A DNA stretch of 64,000 bases. It comes from Candidatus Hydrogenedentota bacterium (GTDB taxonomy: Bacteria > Hydrogenedentota > Hydrogenedentia > Hydrogenedentales > SLHB01). How positions within the stretch are numbered: position 1 is the first letter of the stretch; the number at the start of each line of letters is the position of its first letter. Location: contig CAXXYE010000009.1 in the NCBI GenBank assembly GCA_963674865.2, positions 928,001-992,000 on the forward strand. The letters are read 5' to 3'. The notes beneath the pieces are model-generated. The model saw nothing but the letters and a program-made list of their open reading frames with translations, did not search any database and was not told the origin of the DNA. Positions 1 through 9,571 of the stretch are shown piece by piece. Made by a program: the position numbers and the translations under genes.

Positions 1-175
1 CCGGGGCCTTGCGCTCAATACAACCATGTGACATCATTTGGTGGAACCAGCGCGCCTAGCGGTAGCCCGTGCGTGGGTAATTGGAGCCGGGAGCGCCGTA
101 AACCGGGGTGAGTTCTACGTGTCCGAGGGCGGGCGGCGTTGCCGGGCCCGGGGAATGAGAGCAGGAGGGGTGATC

Positions 176-1468
176 ATGATCGGCCACGACAAGAGGACGG
201 TTATTGGACTTGCCGCTGCGTTGTGTCTAGCGATTTGCACGGCGGGATTCGCCGCCGACAGGTCGCTATCCGACTTGCCCATCGGCCACTTCAAGATCAT
301 CGAGGGTGAGGAGGGGGAGATCAACGTCGAGGCGCGCTGCGTCCCCACGGAGAAGGTTCTGAAGACGCTTGCGGCGCGAACGGGCAAGGCGATTGTATTC
401 GGCCAGCCGTGCCGCACCTACGTCAGCCTCTGGCAGCCGTGGTTGCATACGACGGAGGGGGAGTGGATGGATCGGGCTGCCAGCTTTGGCGGGCGGCTGT
501 CATGCGTGTTGCGAGAGGGCGCTTGGCGCGTGTCCTCTCCTGAAATACAACCCCACTACGACGCCTCGATGACGGAAGAGGCCGTCGCCGCGAAGTTCCA
601 CCATGATGTAGCGCCGATGCGCGTCCGACAAGGCATCTACTGCGGAATCATCATATACGGGGGCACGTTCATCGAGCCGCCCTACAAGCTGGAATGCGTG
701 GAGCAGCCGAACAGAGGCTCCGCACTCACGGTGAATGGCGTCCCCGTTTGGTCTTTCCCGCCCCGCCCCGCGGATAAGTTGCGCCAACGAGTGCCATCAA
801 TGCCCGCCTCCGGCCAGTTCACGGACACGGAGATCTTGACGGACTATGTGACTCGTGGGCTTTATCCCACCCTTCTGGCCAAGCGTGGGAAGGCCCGTGC
901 ACGAGCAGGGGTAGTCGATTTTCTCAAAACGCAGGACATCATAGAGGCCGTGGTAGAGCCTGACAGCGATCCCGAGGCCTTGGGCCTATCCTCCAGGATC
1001 TTCCAATCTCTCCTGAAGAGCGACAACATTGCCGTAATCTACCCGGATCGGCCCGGATTCGGCTTCTTCTTTCCAGCGAATTTCGATCTCGCTAGAGCAA
1101 CCTTCTTCTTCCCTGGCGGACCCAGTCCCATAGAATTGGCCGAAGCCCGGGCGGCGTCCGTGGCGGAGACGCTCAAACGGGGGTTCGTGATCATCGCCGG
1201 CAGTCAAGGTGAGGTGGCTTTCAAGGACACATCGCACCTGGAGCATTTCGCGCAATGCCTGCGCCTGGCGGAGGGACGCTCCCTCCTCGAGGTGGAATGT
1301 CTCATGGCGGAGCTGGTAGAGGACCGGGCGCTGGCCCGCGAACTCGCTGTGAATCTATCCGGCGACTACGCCCGCTTGGCGGACATCCTCGAGCGACTGC
1401 TCCACACCGCTGAGACGGAGAAAGCGCGGAAGGACTTGGCTGCTGAAAGGTGGGAGAAGGGGTTCTAA
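176..1468 (+). CDS. Hypothetical secreted protein
   Basis: Long ORF; AGGAGGG RBS at 163-169 before ATG 176; signal-peptide-like N-terminus (KRTVIGLAAALCLAICTAGFA). No family recognised. Confidence 0.6.
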   Translation: MIGHDKRTVIGLAAALCLAICTAGFAADRSLSDLPIGHFKIIEGEEGEINVEARCVPTEKVLKTLAARTGKAIVFGQPCRTYVSLWQPWLHTTEGEWMDRAASFGGRLSCVLREGAWRVSSPEIQPHYDASMTEEAVAAKFHHDVAPMRVRQGIYCGIIIYGGTFIEPPYKLECVEQPNRGSALTVNGVPVWSFPPRPADKLRQRVPSMPASGQFTDTEILTDYVTRGLYPTLLAKRGKARARAGVVDFLKTQDIIEAVVEPDSDPEALGLSSRIFQSLLKSDNIAVIYPDRPGFGFFFPANFDLARATFFFPGGPSPIELAEARAASVAETLKRGFVIIAGSQGEVAFKDTSHLEHFAQCLRLAEGRSLLEVECLMAELVEDRALARELAVNLSGDYARLADILERLLHTAETEKARKDLAAERWEKGF

Positions 1469-1527
1469 GCCGGCATAGGCCGAATTGATAACCTTTGGCT
1501 GGGCCCAAGAGGCCGGGGCGGGCGAAC

Positions 1528-2466
1528 ATGGCGAGGGATGGGATAAGAATGGTGGCGCGGGTCTTCCTTGGGATGCTTCTGAGCGTGGCGGGCGGGTGTC
1601 TACCGCCGCCGGTTTGCGGCCTGGTCGAGGTGGCGCTCCGCCACGATGGGGTATCCCGCACGTATCAGCGCTTTGTGCCCGCCTCGTGCACGGAGGGCAA
1701 GCCCGTCCCGCTGGTGGTCGTGCTGCACGGGTTGACGGAAGACGGCTGGGCCATGGCCCGGGAGACGGGTTTCAACGCCATCGCCGAGCGCGAGGGGTTC
1801 ATCGTGGCGTATCCCGACGGCCTGCTGCGCAGCTTCAATGTCTTCGCTGAGGGCTGGCCGGACGATGTCGGCTTCGTGTTGGCGGTAGTCGAGGATGTTT
1901 GCGCCGCCTATGCCGTCGATCCCGGCCGCATCTACCTCACCGGCGCCTCCAACGGGGGATTCCTGACGTACCGGCTTGTCTGCGAGGCCCCGGGCGTGTT
2001 CGCGGCGGCGGCGCCCGTGATGGCCACGATGCCGCAAACCGTGGCGGAGGCCTGCGAGGCGCCTCCCACGCCGATCCTGCTCATCCACGGCACCGAGGAC
2101 CCGATTGTCCCCTATGATGATCCCGTGTTGTACGCCGGGCCGCGGCTGACGGTACGCATGCTGCCCATTCCGGAGACGGCGCAGTTCTGGGTCGCGGCGA
2201 ACGGGTGCGACCCGGAGCCGTCGGTGGATTCCCTGCCGGATACCGATCCCGCCGACGGCACGACGGCCGTGTGCGAAACCTGGACGGGCGATGACCCCGA
2301 GGCCGAGGTGGTCCTGTACACGGTGGAGGGCGGCGGCCACACCTGGCCGGGGGGCTACGAGGCGTATCCCGCGTGGCTCGTCGGGCGGCAATGCAACGAT
2401 TTCGACGCCAGTGAGGTCATCTGGTGCTTCTTCGCGCGCCACGCAGCCGCGTCGAGCGTTCCATAA
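1528..2466 (+). CDS. PHB-depolymerase/LpqC-like alpha/beta-hydrolase esterase, probable lipoprotein
   Basis: PLVVVLHG, nucleophile elbow GASNGG, IHGTEDPIVP, GGGHTWPG; lipobox-like VAGGC. Start uncertain (1528 or 1549). Confidence 0.85.
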   Translation: MARDGIRMVARVFLGMLLSVAGGCLPPPVCGLVEVALRHDGVSRTYQRFVPASCTEGKPVPLVVVLHGLTEDGWAMARETGFNAIAEREGFIVAYPDGLLRSFNVFAEGWPDDVGFVLAVVEDVCAAYAVDPGRIYLTGASNGGFLTYRLVCEAPGVFAAAAPVMATMPQTVAEACEAPPTPILLIHGTEDPIVPYDDPVLYAGPRLTVRMLPIPETAQFWVAANGCDPEPSVDSLPDTDPADGTTAVCETWTGDDPEAEVVLYTVEGGGHTWPGGYEAYPAWLVGRQCNDFDASEVIWCFFARHAAASSVP

Positions 2467-2487
2467 CGGAGCGGCGCCTGCCGCTAT

Positions 2488-2696
2488 GGTAGAGGGTTGT
2501 AGACAGTTGGTAGACAGTTGAGTAGATGGTTTGGGCGTTAGCAAACATTACATTTAAGTCATTGCTTAGCAATGACTTTCCCTCTTAGAGAGTCTAAAAG
2601 GGTGATAGTAAGAGGGTTATCCTGAAAAAGGGTCGCAAAAAGGAAAAACATAGGGAGGTTTACGGACCAACCCTTTAACTATCACCAACCCTCACC
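2488..2696. repeat. AT-rich intergenic element with short repeat arrays and a central palindrome
   Basis: Four degenerate ~11-bp GTAGAnRGTT units at 2488-2532; palindrome AAGTCATTGCT-T-AGCAATGACTT at 2556-2578; imperfect inverted repeat 2601-2618 / 2669-2686. Confidence 0.6.
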
Positions 2697-2739
2697 CCGG
2701 TTGATGTCGGCCCGCCTTTCGATGAACAGCGAACCGGCG

Positions 2740-3309
2740 TCAGCGTGTCGGGCGTTTCCGCAGCAAGGCCGCGCGGGCGGATGCGATGTTGAGGCGTTCG
2801 ACGACCTCGAAGCCGTGCTGCCCGGCCAAGGCGAGCGATGCGTCGAATGCCTCGCTGGGAACGGGCCACTTCGGCTCGGCGAAAAGGAGCTTCCCTTCCG
2901 GTTTGAGCGTCGCGGCGACATCGGCGAAGAACCGGCCGGGCTCGGGCACCTCATGGACGATGCCGAAGGCGAGGGCGAAATCGACGGTCCCGGCCAAGTC
3001 GTCCAACCTGAGACTATCCCGTCCGCATGTTCGGGCCTCGATGTGGTCGTCCAAGTTCGCCTTCCGCGCGCGGCGCATCAATGCCTCGAGCATCGGTTCC
3101 TGGAGATCGACGCAGATCACCCGGCCCTCCGGCCCGACCATCTGGGCAAGAGGAAGGCTGAAGAAGCCCATGGCGCATCCCAAATCCATGGCGCACATCC
3201 CCTCGGATACATACGGCGACAGGAGCTTGGTGGGATGCTGGCGCAACTTCCGCAGAGGATTTGCGAGAAGATGTCCCATCCAGACGGGACAAAGATGCTG
3301 CTTGCCCAT
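2740..3309 (-). CDS. Class I SAM-dependent methyltransferase
   Basis: Motif I MDLGCAMGFF, VICVDLQ, LKPEGKLLFAEP. Confidence 0.85.
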   Translation of the reverse strand: MGKQHLCPVWMGHLLANPLRKLRQHPTKLLSPYVSEGMCAMDLGCAMGFFSLPLAQMVGPEGRVICVDLQEPMLEALMRRARKANLDDHIEARTCGRDSLRLDDLAGTVDFALAFGIVHEVPEPGRFFADVAATLKPEGKLLFAEPKWPVPSEAFDASLALAGQHGFEVVERLNIASARAALLRKRPTR

Positions 3310-3355
3310 GGCTTTCCAGGCCTTTCTTCAGTTGCCGCAGCGCGCCCGAAGTTTG

Positions 3356-4429
3356 TCACCTACCGAGTACGCTCAGCAATTTCTCGCAATAGTAGCAGTA
3401 ATTGGCGAAGGGCACATCCGGCGGGAAGCTGTGATCCGGGCCGGGGATGTAGCCTCCTTCGCGGATGAGCGGCGTGACGCGGGCTATCTCGGCGTCGATG
3501 GCCTCGCGGCCCGTGGCCACGGCGCGCTTGTCGATGCCGTTGCACATGCGGAGTTCCTTGCCGTACTCGCGGCGGAACCGGTTAACGTCCATGCCGCACT
3601 GCACTTCGAAGGGATAAATGATGTTGATGCCTGCATCGAGCCAGACGGGGACAAGGCTCGATATATCGCCGTCGCTGTCGAGTGAGAAGAACTCGACGCC
3701 CCGGCCGCGCAGAAACTCCACAACGCGCTTATAGCGGGGGAGCATGTATTTCCGGACGAGGTCCGGCCCGATGAGCGGCCCGGTCTTGTAGGCCATATCC
3801 TCCCAGAAGCCGAAGAACTCGATGGAGGTGTGGTCAAGGATTTGGCCCATCATGGCGATGATGAAGTCCACGGTGGCGTCCATCATCTCCTCGACAAAGG
3901 CCGGTTCGGTGTAGAAGCGGGTGCAGAGTTCCTCGACGCCAAGGAGGTTGCGCAGCGGCCCGAAGAAACCGCCCCAGCGGTCGGCGATGATTACCAAGGG
4001 GCGGTCCCGGTCGCGGTAGCCGTCGAGCCGCTGCGTCCAGTCCGGGCCGATGCGGGCGGCGAGGTCAGGTCGCATCCGCTCCGCCCAGAATCGGCGGAAA
4101 TCTTCGCGCGTTTGGACGGGAAACCGAAGGAACTGAGGCATGCTCGAGGCCGGGGCGTCCTTCCGCTCGCGCATGAGGATGCCCTCGGGATTGATGAAGG
4201 TCCGGGTGTGTTCATCCTCTTCGACGATGGTTCGCTCGAAGGGCGGATTCGGGAAGAACCAGTGGGCGAAGCCAATCCAGGGGTCTTGCTGGAAGGGGGG
4301 ATGGTCGGGGTCGTAGCCTTCCCGCTTCCAGCGTTCGATGGTTTCCGGCCACGCGCCGAAGCCGCGAAATGGGACGCGATCCACAGGTTCATAGCGCATG
4401 GTGGCGAGGAATCGTTCACGGTGCGTCAT
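3356..4429 (-). CDS. Uroporphyrinogen decarboxylase-like (URO-D/MtaA-CmuA superfamily) protein
   Basis: MTHRERFLATMRYEPVDRVP N-terminus, EDMAYKTGPLI, DSDGD, GGYIPGPDHSFPPDVP. Confidence 0.85.
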   Translation of the reverse strand: MTHRERFLATMRYEPVDRVPFRGFGAWPETIERWKREGYDPDHPPFQQDPWIGFAHWFFPNPPFERTIVEEDEHTRTFINPEGILMRERKDAPASSMPQFLRFPVQTREDFRRFWAERMRPDLAARIGPDWTQRLDGYRDRDRPLVIIADRWGGFFGPLRNLLGVEELCTRFYTEPAFVEEMMDATVDFIIAMMGQILDHTSIEFFGFWEDMAYKTGPLIGPDLVRKYMLPRYKRVVEFLRGRGVEFFSLDSDGDISSLVPVWLDAGINIIYPFEVQCGMDVNRFRREYGKELRMCNGIDKRAVATGREAIDAEIARVTPLIREGGYIPGPDHSFPPDVPFANYCYYCEKLLSVLGR

Positions 4430-4459
4430 GCTCGGTACGTCTCGCTTTCTTTCCGTGCG

Positions 4460-4990
4460 TCAGGCCGCCGGGGCAGCCGTGGCATCCTTCTCTGCTTGCT
4501 CGATGCGCCGCTTGAGAACGTCTCGCATTCGCAGCGCGTTGACGGCCTTGTACGTCTCAGGTTCCGATCCTTCCGAGAAGCCGGCTTCCGCGATGCGCTC
4601 CTGTCTGCGGCGCGAGTACTTGCCGTCGAGCCAGGCCTGGAGGAGGGCGAACAGGGCGCGATCGATGTCGCTGCCCGGCGGGACGATTTCGCCGGCGCCC
4701 CGCTCAGGATGCTCGACCCCGAGGTATAGCTCCCGCGGCTTCCCTCGCTGGATCATTCCCATCCGGCCATCCTTGCAGAAGGAGAGCTTCTTGCCCGCGG
4801 CATCTTTGAAGGTTACCGCAAGCGTCCCTCCGTCGCTGTAGATGTCTGCTATCTCGACGGCCACCGGCGGCTCTAGCGAGAGGTGGTCGGCGGCCTCTTT
4901 GGCCGGACCTCCACAAGCGCACAGGGCCAGGAGTGCGCACACGCAAACGGTTGTATGGGGGCGCGTGCTCATCCATTCCTCCTTTGCCAT
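4460..4990 (-). CDS. Hypothetical lipoprotein
   Basis: Hydrophobic leader ending LCAC-GG; co-oriented with neighbours; start may be slightly downstream. Confidence 0.55.
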   Translation of the reverse strand: MAKEEWMSTRPHTTVCVCALLALCACGGPAKEAADHLSLEPPVAVEIADIYSDGGTLAVTFKDAAGKKLSFCKDGRMGMIQRGKPRELYLGVEHPERGAGEIVPPGSDIDRALFALLQAWLDGKYSRRRQERIAEAGFSEGSEPETYKAVNALRMRDVLKRRIEQAEKDATAAPAA

Positions 4991-5120
4991 AGAGGCGCGT
5001 TTCGGTGCGGGAAGAGCGTAGCACCGGACATGGAGGGCGTCAAATCATGGCAAGCCGGAAATCCGGGACTGTGGAGCTGTTGAAAGAGGCGTATTCGCCC
5101 CAGAGGTTGAGCGAAACGCC

Positions 5121-5172
5121 GGGACTGTCCCAAGCGGAGTCCGCCGCAGGCGGACGCAGACGGGACTGTCCC
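5121..5172. repeat. Dispersed palindromic repeat (GGGAC...GTCCC family), copy 1
   Basis: Its reverse complement aligns with 28134-28185 and 21542-21583. Confidence 0.75.
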
Positions 5173-5238
5173 AGGTCCTTTCGCGGCCTGCGTGCGGCAA
5201 TTCCGGACTTCTTCAACGTCTTCTCTGTCCCCGATCTT

Positions 5239-6849
5239 CTATCTGCAACAAACGCCGGGGACGGGCAAGGTAACGCTGAAGGCGCGATCCTCGTGGCGGC
5301 CGCGGCGTGCGTCGGGGGATGGATCCGCGGGCCAACCGTCGAACTTCTCGAGTTCCGAAGCGGGGCCCTCGAGGCCGGCCGGATCGACGAAGAGGGCCTC
5401 GACGTCGAGGCTCTCTTCGGAAGCATCCTTCATGTAGCCCACGTCAATCGTGGCGCGGCGATAGGATTCGCTCGAAAGCCGCGTGGGATTGTCCATATGG
5501 CTCAGCATTTGGCACTCGACGCGGATGGACTGGCTCTCCTCGATGTAGAACAAGTCGAAGAGGCGGCCTTCCTGGGGCAGATCGATGAGCGAGCCGGTTT
5601 CGATCTCGAGGTAGGGATACAGGCCGCGTATGCGGGTAACCAGGTTCCGGTGCTCGTGGCCGCAGATGTGGGCGATGACGTTCGGCTGGCTCGCGAGGTA
5701 CCAGCGGAAGGCAAAGGTCTTCACGGTTCGCCCGGGAAACTTCTTGTCGAAATGGAAGCTGGGGTGATGGGACACAATGATGACGAACTCGCCGGCTTCG
5801 CGGGCGGCCTTGACCTCGGGCTTGAGGAAGCTGTCGAGCTGCTCACGCGTCATCACACCGTGATCCACGGGGAATCCGGCGGGGGGATCCGGCGCGGCCG
5901 TGTTGAGGACAATGAACCGGACGGGCACGCTCGCCTTCGGGCGGAACGAGTACCGGGCGCGGCCGGTGGCGCGGTTCGCCTCCGTAAAGCCGTGGCCGGG
6001 CGGCTGGGTGGTCGTGCTGAAATGCTCCTCGATGAATTGCGACGTCGATATGAAATGCCTGTCTTCGTCCGCGGTGATGGTGCCCGCTTCGAGGTCGACG
6101 ATCGGGAGTTGGAGCGTCTCGGGATCCATAATCTCCTCGCTCCCGAGGATAATGGCGGGACTCTGGCTGGCGGTCGGAGTCAGCGCGTCCATGGGCGGGA
6201 CGCAGCGGTTCAGGCCGATGAACGCCGCGACGGCCGCGAGTTGCGGTGAAGCCCATTCGGTGGGATCGGCGGCCGTGCGATCGATAGAGAAGTTGCCGAC
6301 GGCCAAATCGTCGTGATTGCCGACGGCGGTGTACCACGGGACGTCTTTGGCTAGGCCCTCGGCCTGGAAACCGAGCTTCGGATTGTCCTCCGGTGGGAGG
6401 TCGCGGAGGGCGCCATCCGCGTCGCCGGAGTCGGGGTGAATCCATTGGCCGTCCATCGTGTCGATGAACCAGCGGAGTTCGTTGTACTGCGCGTTGTCGG
6501 TAACATCGCCGCTCACGACAACGCAGTCGAGCGGCCTGCCGTCCTTCGCGCCGTCCGAGTGGATATCGTTCAAGACGCCGAGCGTGGCGTCGAGCACCTG
6601 CATAGCGTAGGCCTCCTGCGGCCGCCACGCGCTCGAGAAATGGCGGTCGAGACGCACCGTCCGCGCGGGAGATTCCTCATCGACGGCGTGCGCGTCGGTA
6701 AGGTGGGCGAAGCGAAGCAGATGGACGCCCTCCCCGTCGGCCTGCGGCGAGAGATCCGGCGCTTGCGGACATCCCGCCAAGGCGGCGACAACGAGAGACA
6801 ACGCGCAACGCGTAGGAACGGAAGTGAGACGTTTGGCGTAACGGCCCAT
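5239..6849 (-). CDS. Calcineurin-like metallophosphoesterase, lipoprotein (TIGR03767-like)
   Basis: DAH, GDVTDN, GNHD, SHH and GHEH metal motifs; lipobox LAGC. Confidence 0.85.
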   Translation of the reverse strand: MGRYAKRLTSVPTRCALSLVVAALAGCPQAPDLSPQADGEGVHLLRFAHLTDAHAVDEESPARTVRLDRHFSSAWRPQEAYAMQVLDATLGVLNDIHSDGAKDGRPLDCVVVSGDVTDNAQYNELRWFIDTMDGQWIHPDSGDADGALRDLPPEDNPKLGFQAEGLAKDVPWYTAVGNHDDLAVGNFSIDRTAADPTEWASPQLAAVAAFIGLNRCVPPMDALTPTASQSPAIILGSEEIMDPETLQLPIVDLEAGTITADEDRHFISTSQFIEEHFSTTTQPPGHGFTEANRATGRARYSFRPKASVPVRFIVLNTAAPDPPAGFPVDHGVMTREQLDSFLKPEVKAAREAGEFVIIVSHHPSFHFDKKFPGRTVKTFAFRWYLASQPNVIAHICGHEHRNLVTRIRGLYPYLEIETGSLIDLPQEGRLFDLFYIEESQSIRVECQMLSHMDNPTRLSSESYRRATIDVGYMKDASEESLDVEALFVDPAGLEGPASELEKFDGWPADPSPDARRGRHEDRAFSVTLPVPGVCCR

Positions 6850-7066
6850 GGCTTGTTACCTTTCCTGTTCGTGTCGTAACGCCGGAGTCTTCGGCGCAGG
6901 CGCTGTCTGGTGTTTTTGCTTTCTGTGCAAGCCACCAGGGGCTTATGCGACTATCCGGGCGCTTACTTCCTAAACAAGTTATTCTGAAGACGATATTTCT
7001 GTGTCCTTCTCGGCTAAGTGCGGACGGCGGCCGCAGCGGTAAGGCACCCGTTTCCCGTGGCTAGGG

Positions 7067-7116
7067 GCGTAACGCCTAGCACCAGCGGCACCGTCCGCTG
7101 CATGGTGCTATTGGGC
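7067..7116 (-). other. Integron attC-like site downstream of the RT
   Basis: Minus strand GCCCAAT-AGCAC-CATGCAGCGG-ACGGTG-CCGCTGGTG-CTAGGC-GTTACGC gives an R''-L''-L'-R' layout with an extra base in L''; 22 bp after the RT stop. Confidence 0.75.
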
Positions 7117-7138
7117 GTCGTCCTTTCGGGATATTCCA

Positions 7139-9238
7139 TTATGGCATCAGTGCTACGAGGTCCGAATAGGCGGTGCGCAGCCGGGCAATAAATCGGTTTC
7201 TCTCCTGTGCCTTCAGATGTCGAGACTGAGCTGAGGTCTTCTTCTCATACGGGTGTGACACCGGGAGAAGGTTGCGGCGCGTGTTCAAGTCGCGAAAGCA
7301 GTCGCCGATGGTCGGACAGCTTCTTGAGAATGGCCCACTCGCGTCCAGCGTCACACCGAAGTCGACAAGGTGGCCGTTCTTGTCGATGGTGGTGCAGGAC
7401 CCGGAGTGGCCAGTCGCTGCCAAGTGCCGTTGCAGAGCCAGGAACACGGCCTGGTTGAACGAGTTCTGACACGCCAGCCAGAATGACGGCCCGCCGGAAA
7501 ACGCTGCTTCAGCCTGCTTCAAGAGGCCCAAAGCATGAACGTATTCGGCACCTAAGAGAGCGTGCCAAGACTTACCTCGAGTGACGCCGTACCGGGATTC
7601 CAGAATCTCGGCAATGGGATCGACCCTCGGCCCCGGGGCGGAGATGACGCCCAGTTCGCGGAGTGTGTTGGCGACTTGGGAAGGAAGCTGTCGGGGCAAT
7701 AGTCCAAGCGTCGATGGCGTTAAACCTCGCTTGTGAAGCGCGGAGCAGGCCGCAAGCCCCGGTTCGGGCGCACTGCGCCCCAAGAACGTCTCTACGACCT
7801 CCCCCTTGGCAAAGGCGCCGTCCGGAAGGACGGGAGCCAGAAGTGATTGGAGTAGCGGCGCCTGATACTTCAGCCAACGGCTCTGATGGACAGAAGTCAG
7901 CTGTTCCGAGACACACAGAAAGTGGCAGGCCCCCCATCGTTCGACGAAGTTTTCCTGGGAGCTGTCCTTCGCTATGTTCACCGCGTGGTCCGTCAACGCG
8001 CACGGATGGGTGGCGGTTATCGAGCGTGACTCGTAACTGTACTTTGCCAGCACGTGCCACGCCTCCCCGCGAACGTACGGGTATGGGTTTTTCAGAACCA
8101 GGTGAAGGCAGAGCCGCTCGATGGGCTTTCGGTACGCGAAGCGGCCAAGATAGGCAAAGAACGCATCTGCATGCTCGGGGTGGCGGGGAATCAGCCGCAG
8201 CACCAGGTTTAGCAGGTCCCCGGCTGGCTCGGCGCGGTAGAGCACGAACCGCAGTCTCGTCTTGTCAGTTACTCGGTACGGTCTTCCGCCGATTGCGGAG
8301 CGGAACGCCGAGAGAGCTTGCTTCTTACTGATCTTTTCGCTTCCGGCCCCCTCGTGCTGTGGGTCTGAGATGCTGGGTAGCATGCCCATCGCTTCCTGCA
8401 CGTTCTGAGCACGCTTGATGGCGAACTTGCCGGCCTGTGGGATGAGGCCCCGCTCCCGACAGTGACGTTCAAGTTCTATCAGATTGGCTCGGACTTCGTC
8501 TTCGGTAGCGCCGAATAGCCGGAAGTCATCAACATACCGCGTATACCCGCGGCTATTCTGTAGCGCGAGGTCGATTGGCAGCAGGAAGCACTCGGCTAGG
8601 AAATCTGATGCCAGCGGCCCTTGCGGCAGGCCATGGCCGTGGCCAGATGCGTCCCGATTGGAACTCCACGTCTTCAGACACTTCGCGATCCAGTCTAGGT
8701 CAGCGTTGGTTGTCCGCGGGTAGATGGTTCGCAACAGCAACTCGTGCGAAACCGTGTCGTAGAAAGCTGCGAGGTCAAAGTCGCCCACCCACTGCAAACC
8801 GCCCGCATAGTGCTTCTTGATTCTTCGCTGAAAGGCACTGTACGTGTCTTGCCATCGCCGAAAAAAGAAGATACTTTCGCGCCTCTCAAGAATGTTGCTG
8901 AAGACCACGCTGAACTGGAGCGGGGCGCGCTTCTTCTGCAACCTCTTTGCCGCGAGGTTGGCAAATGCCTGGAGAACGATCTGGTCCTCGATACTCAGCA
9001 GCGCCAGTGGCCGATGGAGTCCCGATGCCTTGGGCGCGTAGATGCGCTCGGGATGTCGCGCCTCGAAGCTACCGCCACGCAGACGGTGCCGCAGGTCCTT
9101 GAGATTCTGCTCAAGTGCTACCTCGTAGGCGTAGTAGACGGGACGATAGAGTCGCTTGTATTGGTAGTTGCCGCCGGTTGTAATCCGTCGCCAGGCCAGC
9201 TCAAGGTTGTTCATGCTTGCTAGCTGGTTGATTTTCAT
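7139..9238 (-). CDS. Reverse transcriptase, UG/Abi class 1 (AbiA-like), with helical middle region and putative C-terminal HEPN domain
   Basis: PKASGLHRPL, DFDLAAFYDTVSH, GLPQGPLAS, YTRYVDD (Y235); about 400-aa C-terminal extension containing RNLLPVSH (R655-H662). Confidence 0.85.
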   Translation of the reverse strand: MKINQLASMNNLELAWRRITTGGNYQYKRLYRPVYYAYEVALEQNLKDLRHRLRGGSFEARHPERIYAPKASGLHRPLALLSIEDQIVLQAFANLAAKRLQKKRAPLQFSVVFSNILERRESIFFFRRWQDTYSAFQRRIKKHYAGGLQWVGDFDLAAFYDTVSHELLLRTIYPRTTNADLDWIAKCLKTWSSNRDASGHGHGLPQGPLASDFLAECFLLPIDLALQNSRGYTRYVDDFRLFGATEDEVRANLIELERHCRERGLIPQAGKFAIKRAQNVQEAMGMLPSISDPQHEGAGSEKISKKQALSAFRSAIGGRPYRVTDKTRLRFVLYRAEPAGDLLNLVLRLIPRHPEHADAFFAYLGRFAYRKPIERLCLHLVLKNPYPYVRGEAWHVLAKYSYESRSITATHPCALTDHAVNIAKDSSQENFVERWGACHFLCVSEQLTSVHQSRWLKYQAPLLQSLLAPVLPDGAFAKGEVVETFLGRSAPEPGLAACSALHKRGLTPSTLGLLPRQLPSQVANTLRELGVISAPGPRVDPIAEILESRYGVTRGKSWHALLGAEYVHALGLLKQAEAAFSGGPSFWLACQNSFNQAVFLALQRHLAATGHSGSCTTIDKNGHLVDFGVTLDASGPFSRSCPTIGDCFRDLNTRRNLLPVSHPYEKKTSAQSRHLKAQERNRFIARLRTAYSDLVALMP

Positions 9239-9243
9239 TTGCT

Positions 9244-9396
9244 CAATGCAACCCTTCTTTCGGGCATATGCAGTGCGTTGCGCCGTATTTACCTAACAAC
9301 GACTGGAGGGCTCCCGCACAATGCCTTTGGGCCGCGCGATCGAGGAGGAAGAGGCTCCGGCAACGCTGGCGCAAGGCGGATACTCGCGTTGCACTA
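9244..9396 (-). ncRNA. Candidate RT-associated structured RNA or 5' leader
   Basis: Nested stems on the RT strand: TAGTGCAAC/GTTGCATTG, GCCTTGCGCC/GGCGCAACGC and an internal hairpin CGCGCG-GCC-CAAA-GGC-AT-TGTGCG. Pairing found by eye only. Confidence 0.4.
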
Positions 9397-9571
9397 GGTC
9401 ACTCTTTCGCAGCGGACGCAGGGGAATGCACGATCTCTGCATAGCATACCTCATTTTCCCCTCTACAAATCGCCTGCAGGGCTCCTAACGCCCTTGCCGC
9501 CCCAATTCTCCACTAAGTGGCTTGCGAACGAGTCGGGAAACGGTTCTAGTGCGGCGATGACCCTATCGACT

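Noticed and set aside
7139..9238. RT as a retron, group II intron or CRISPR-associated RT
   Set aside because: No retron NAxxH or VTG motifs; no YADD, maturase/HNH region or intron domain V/VI visible after the stop; no cas genes or array.
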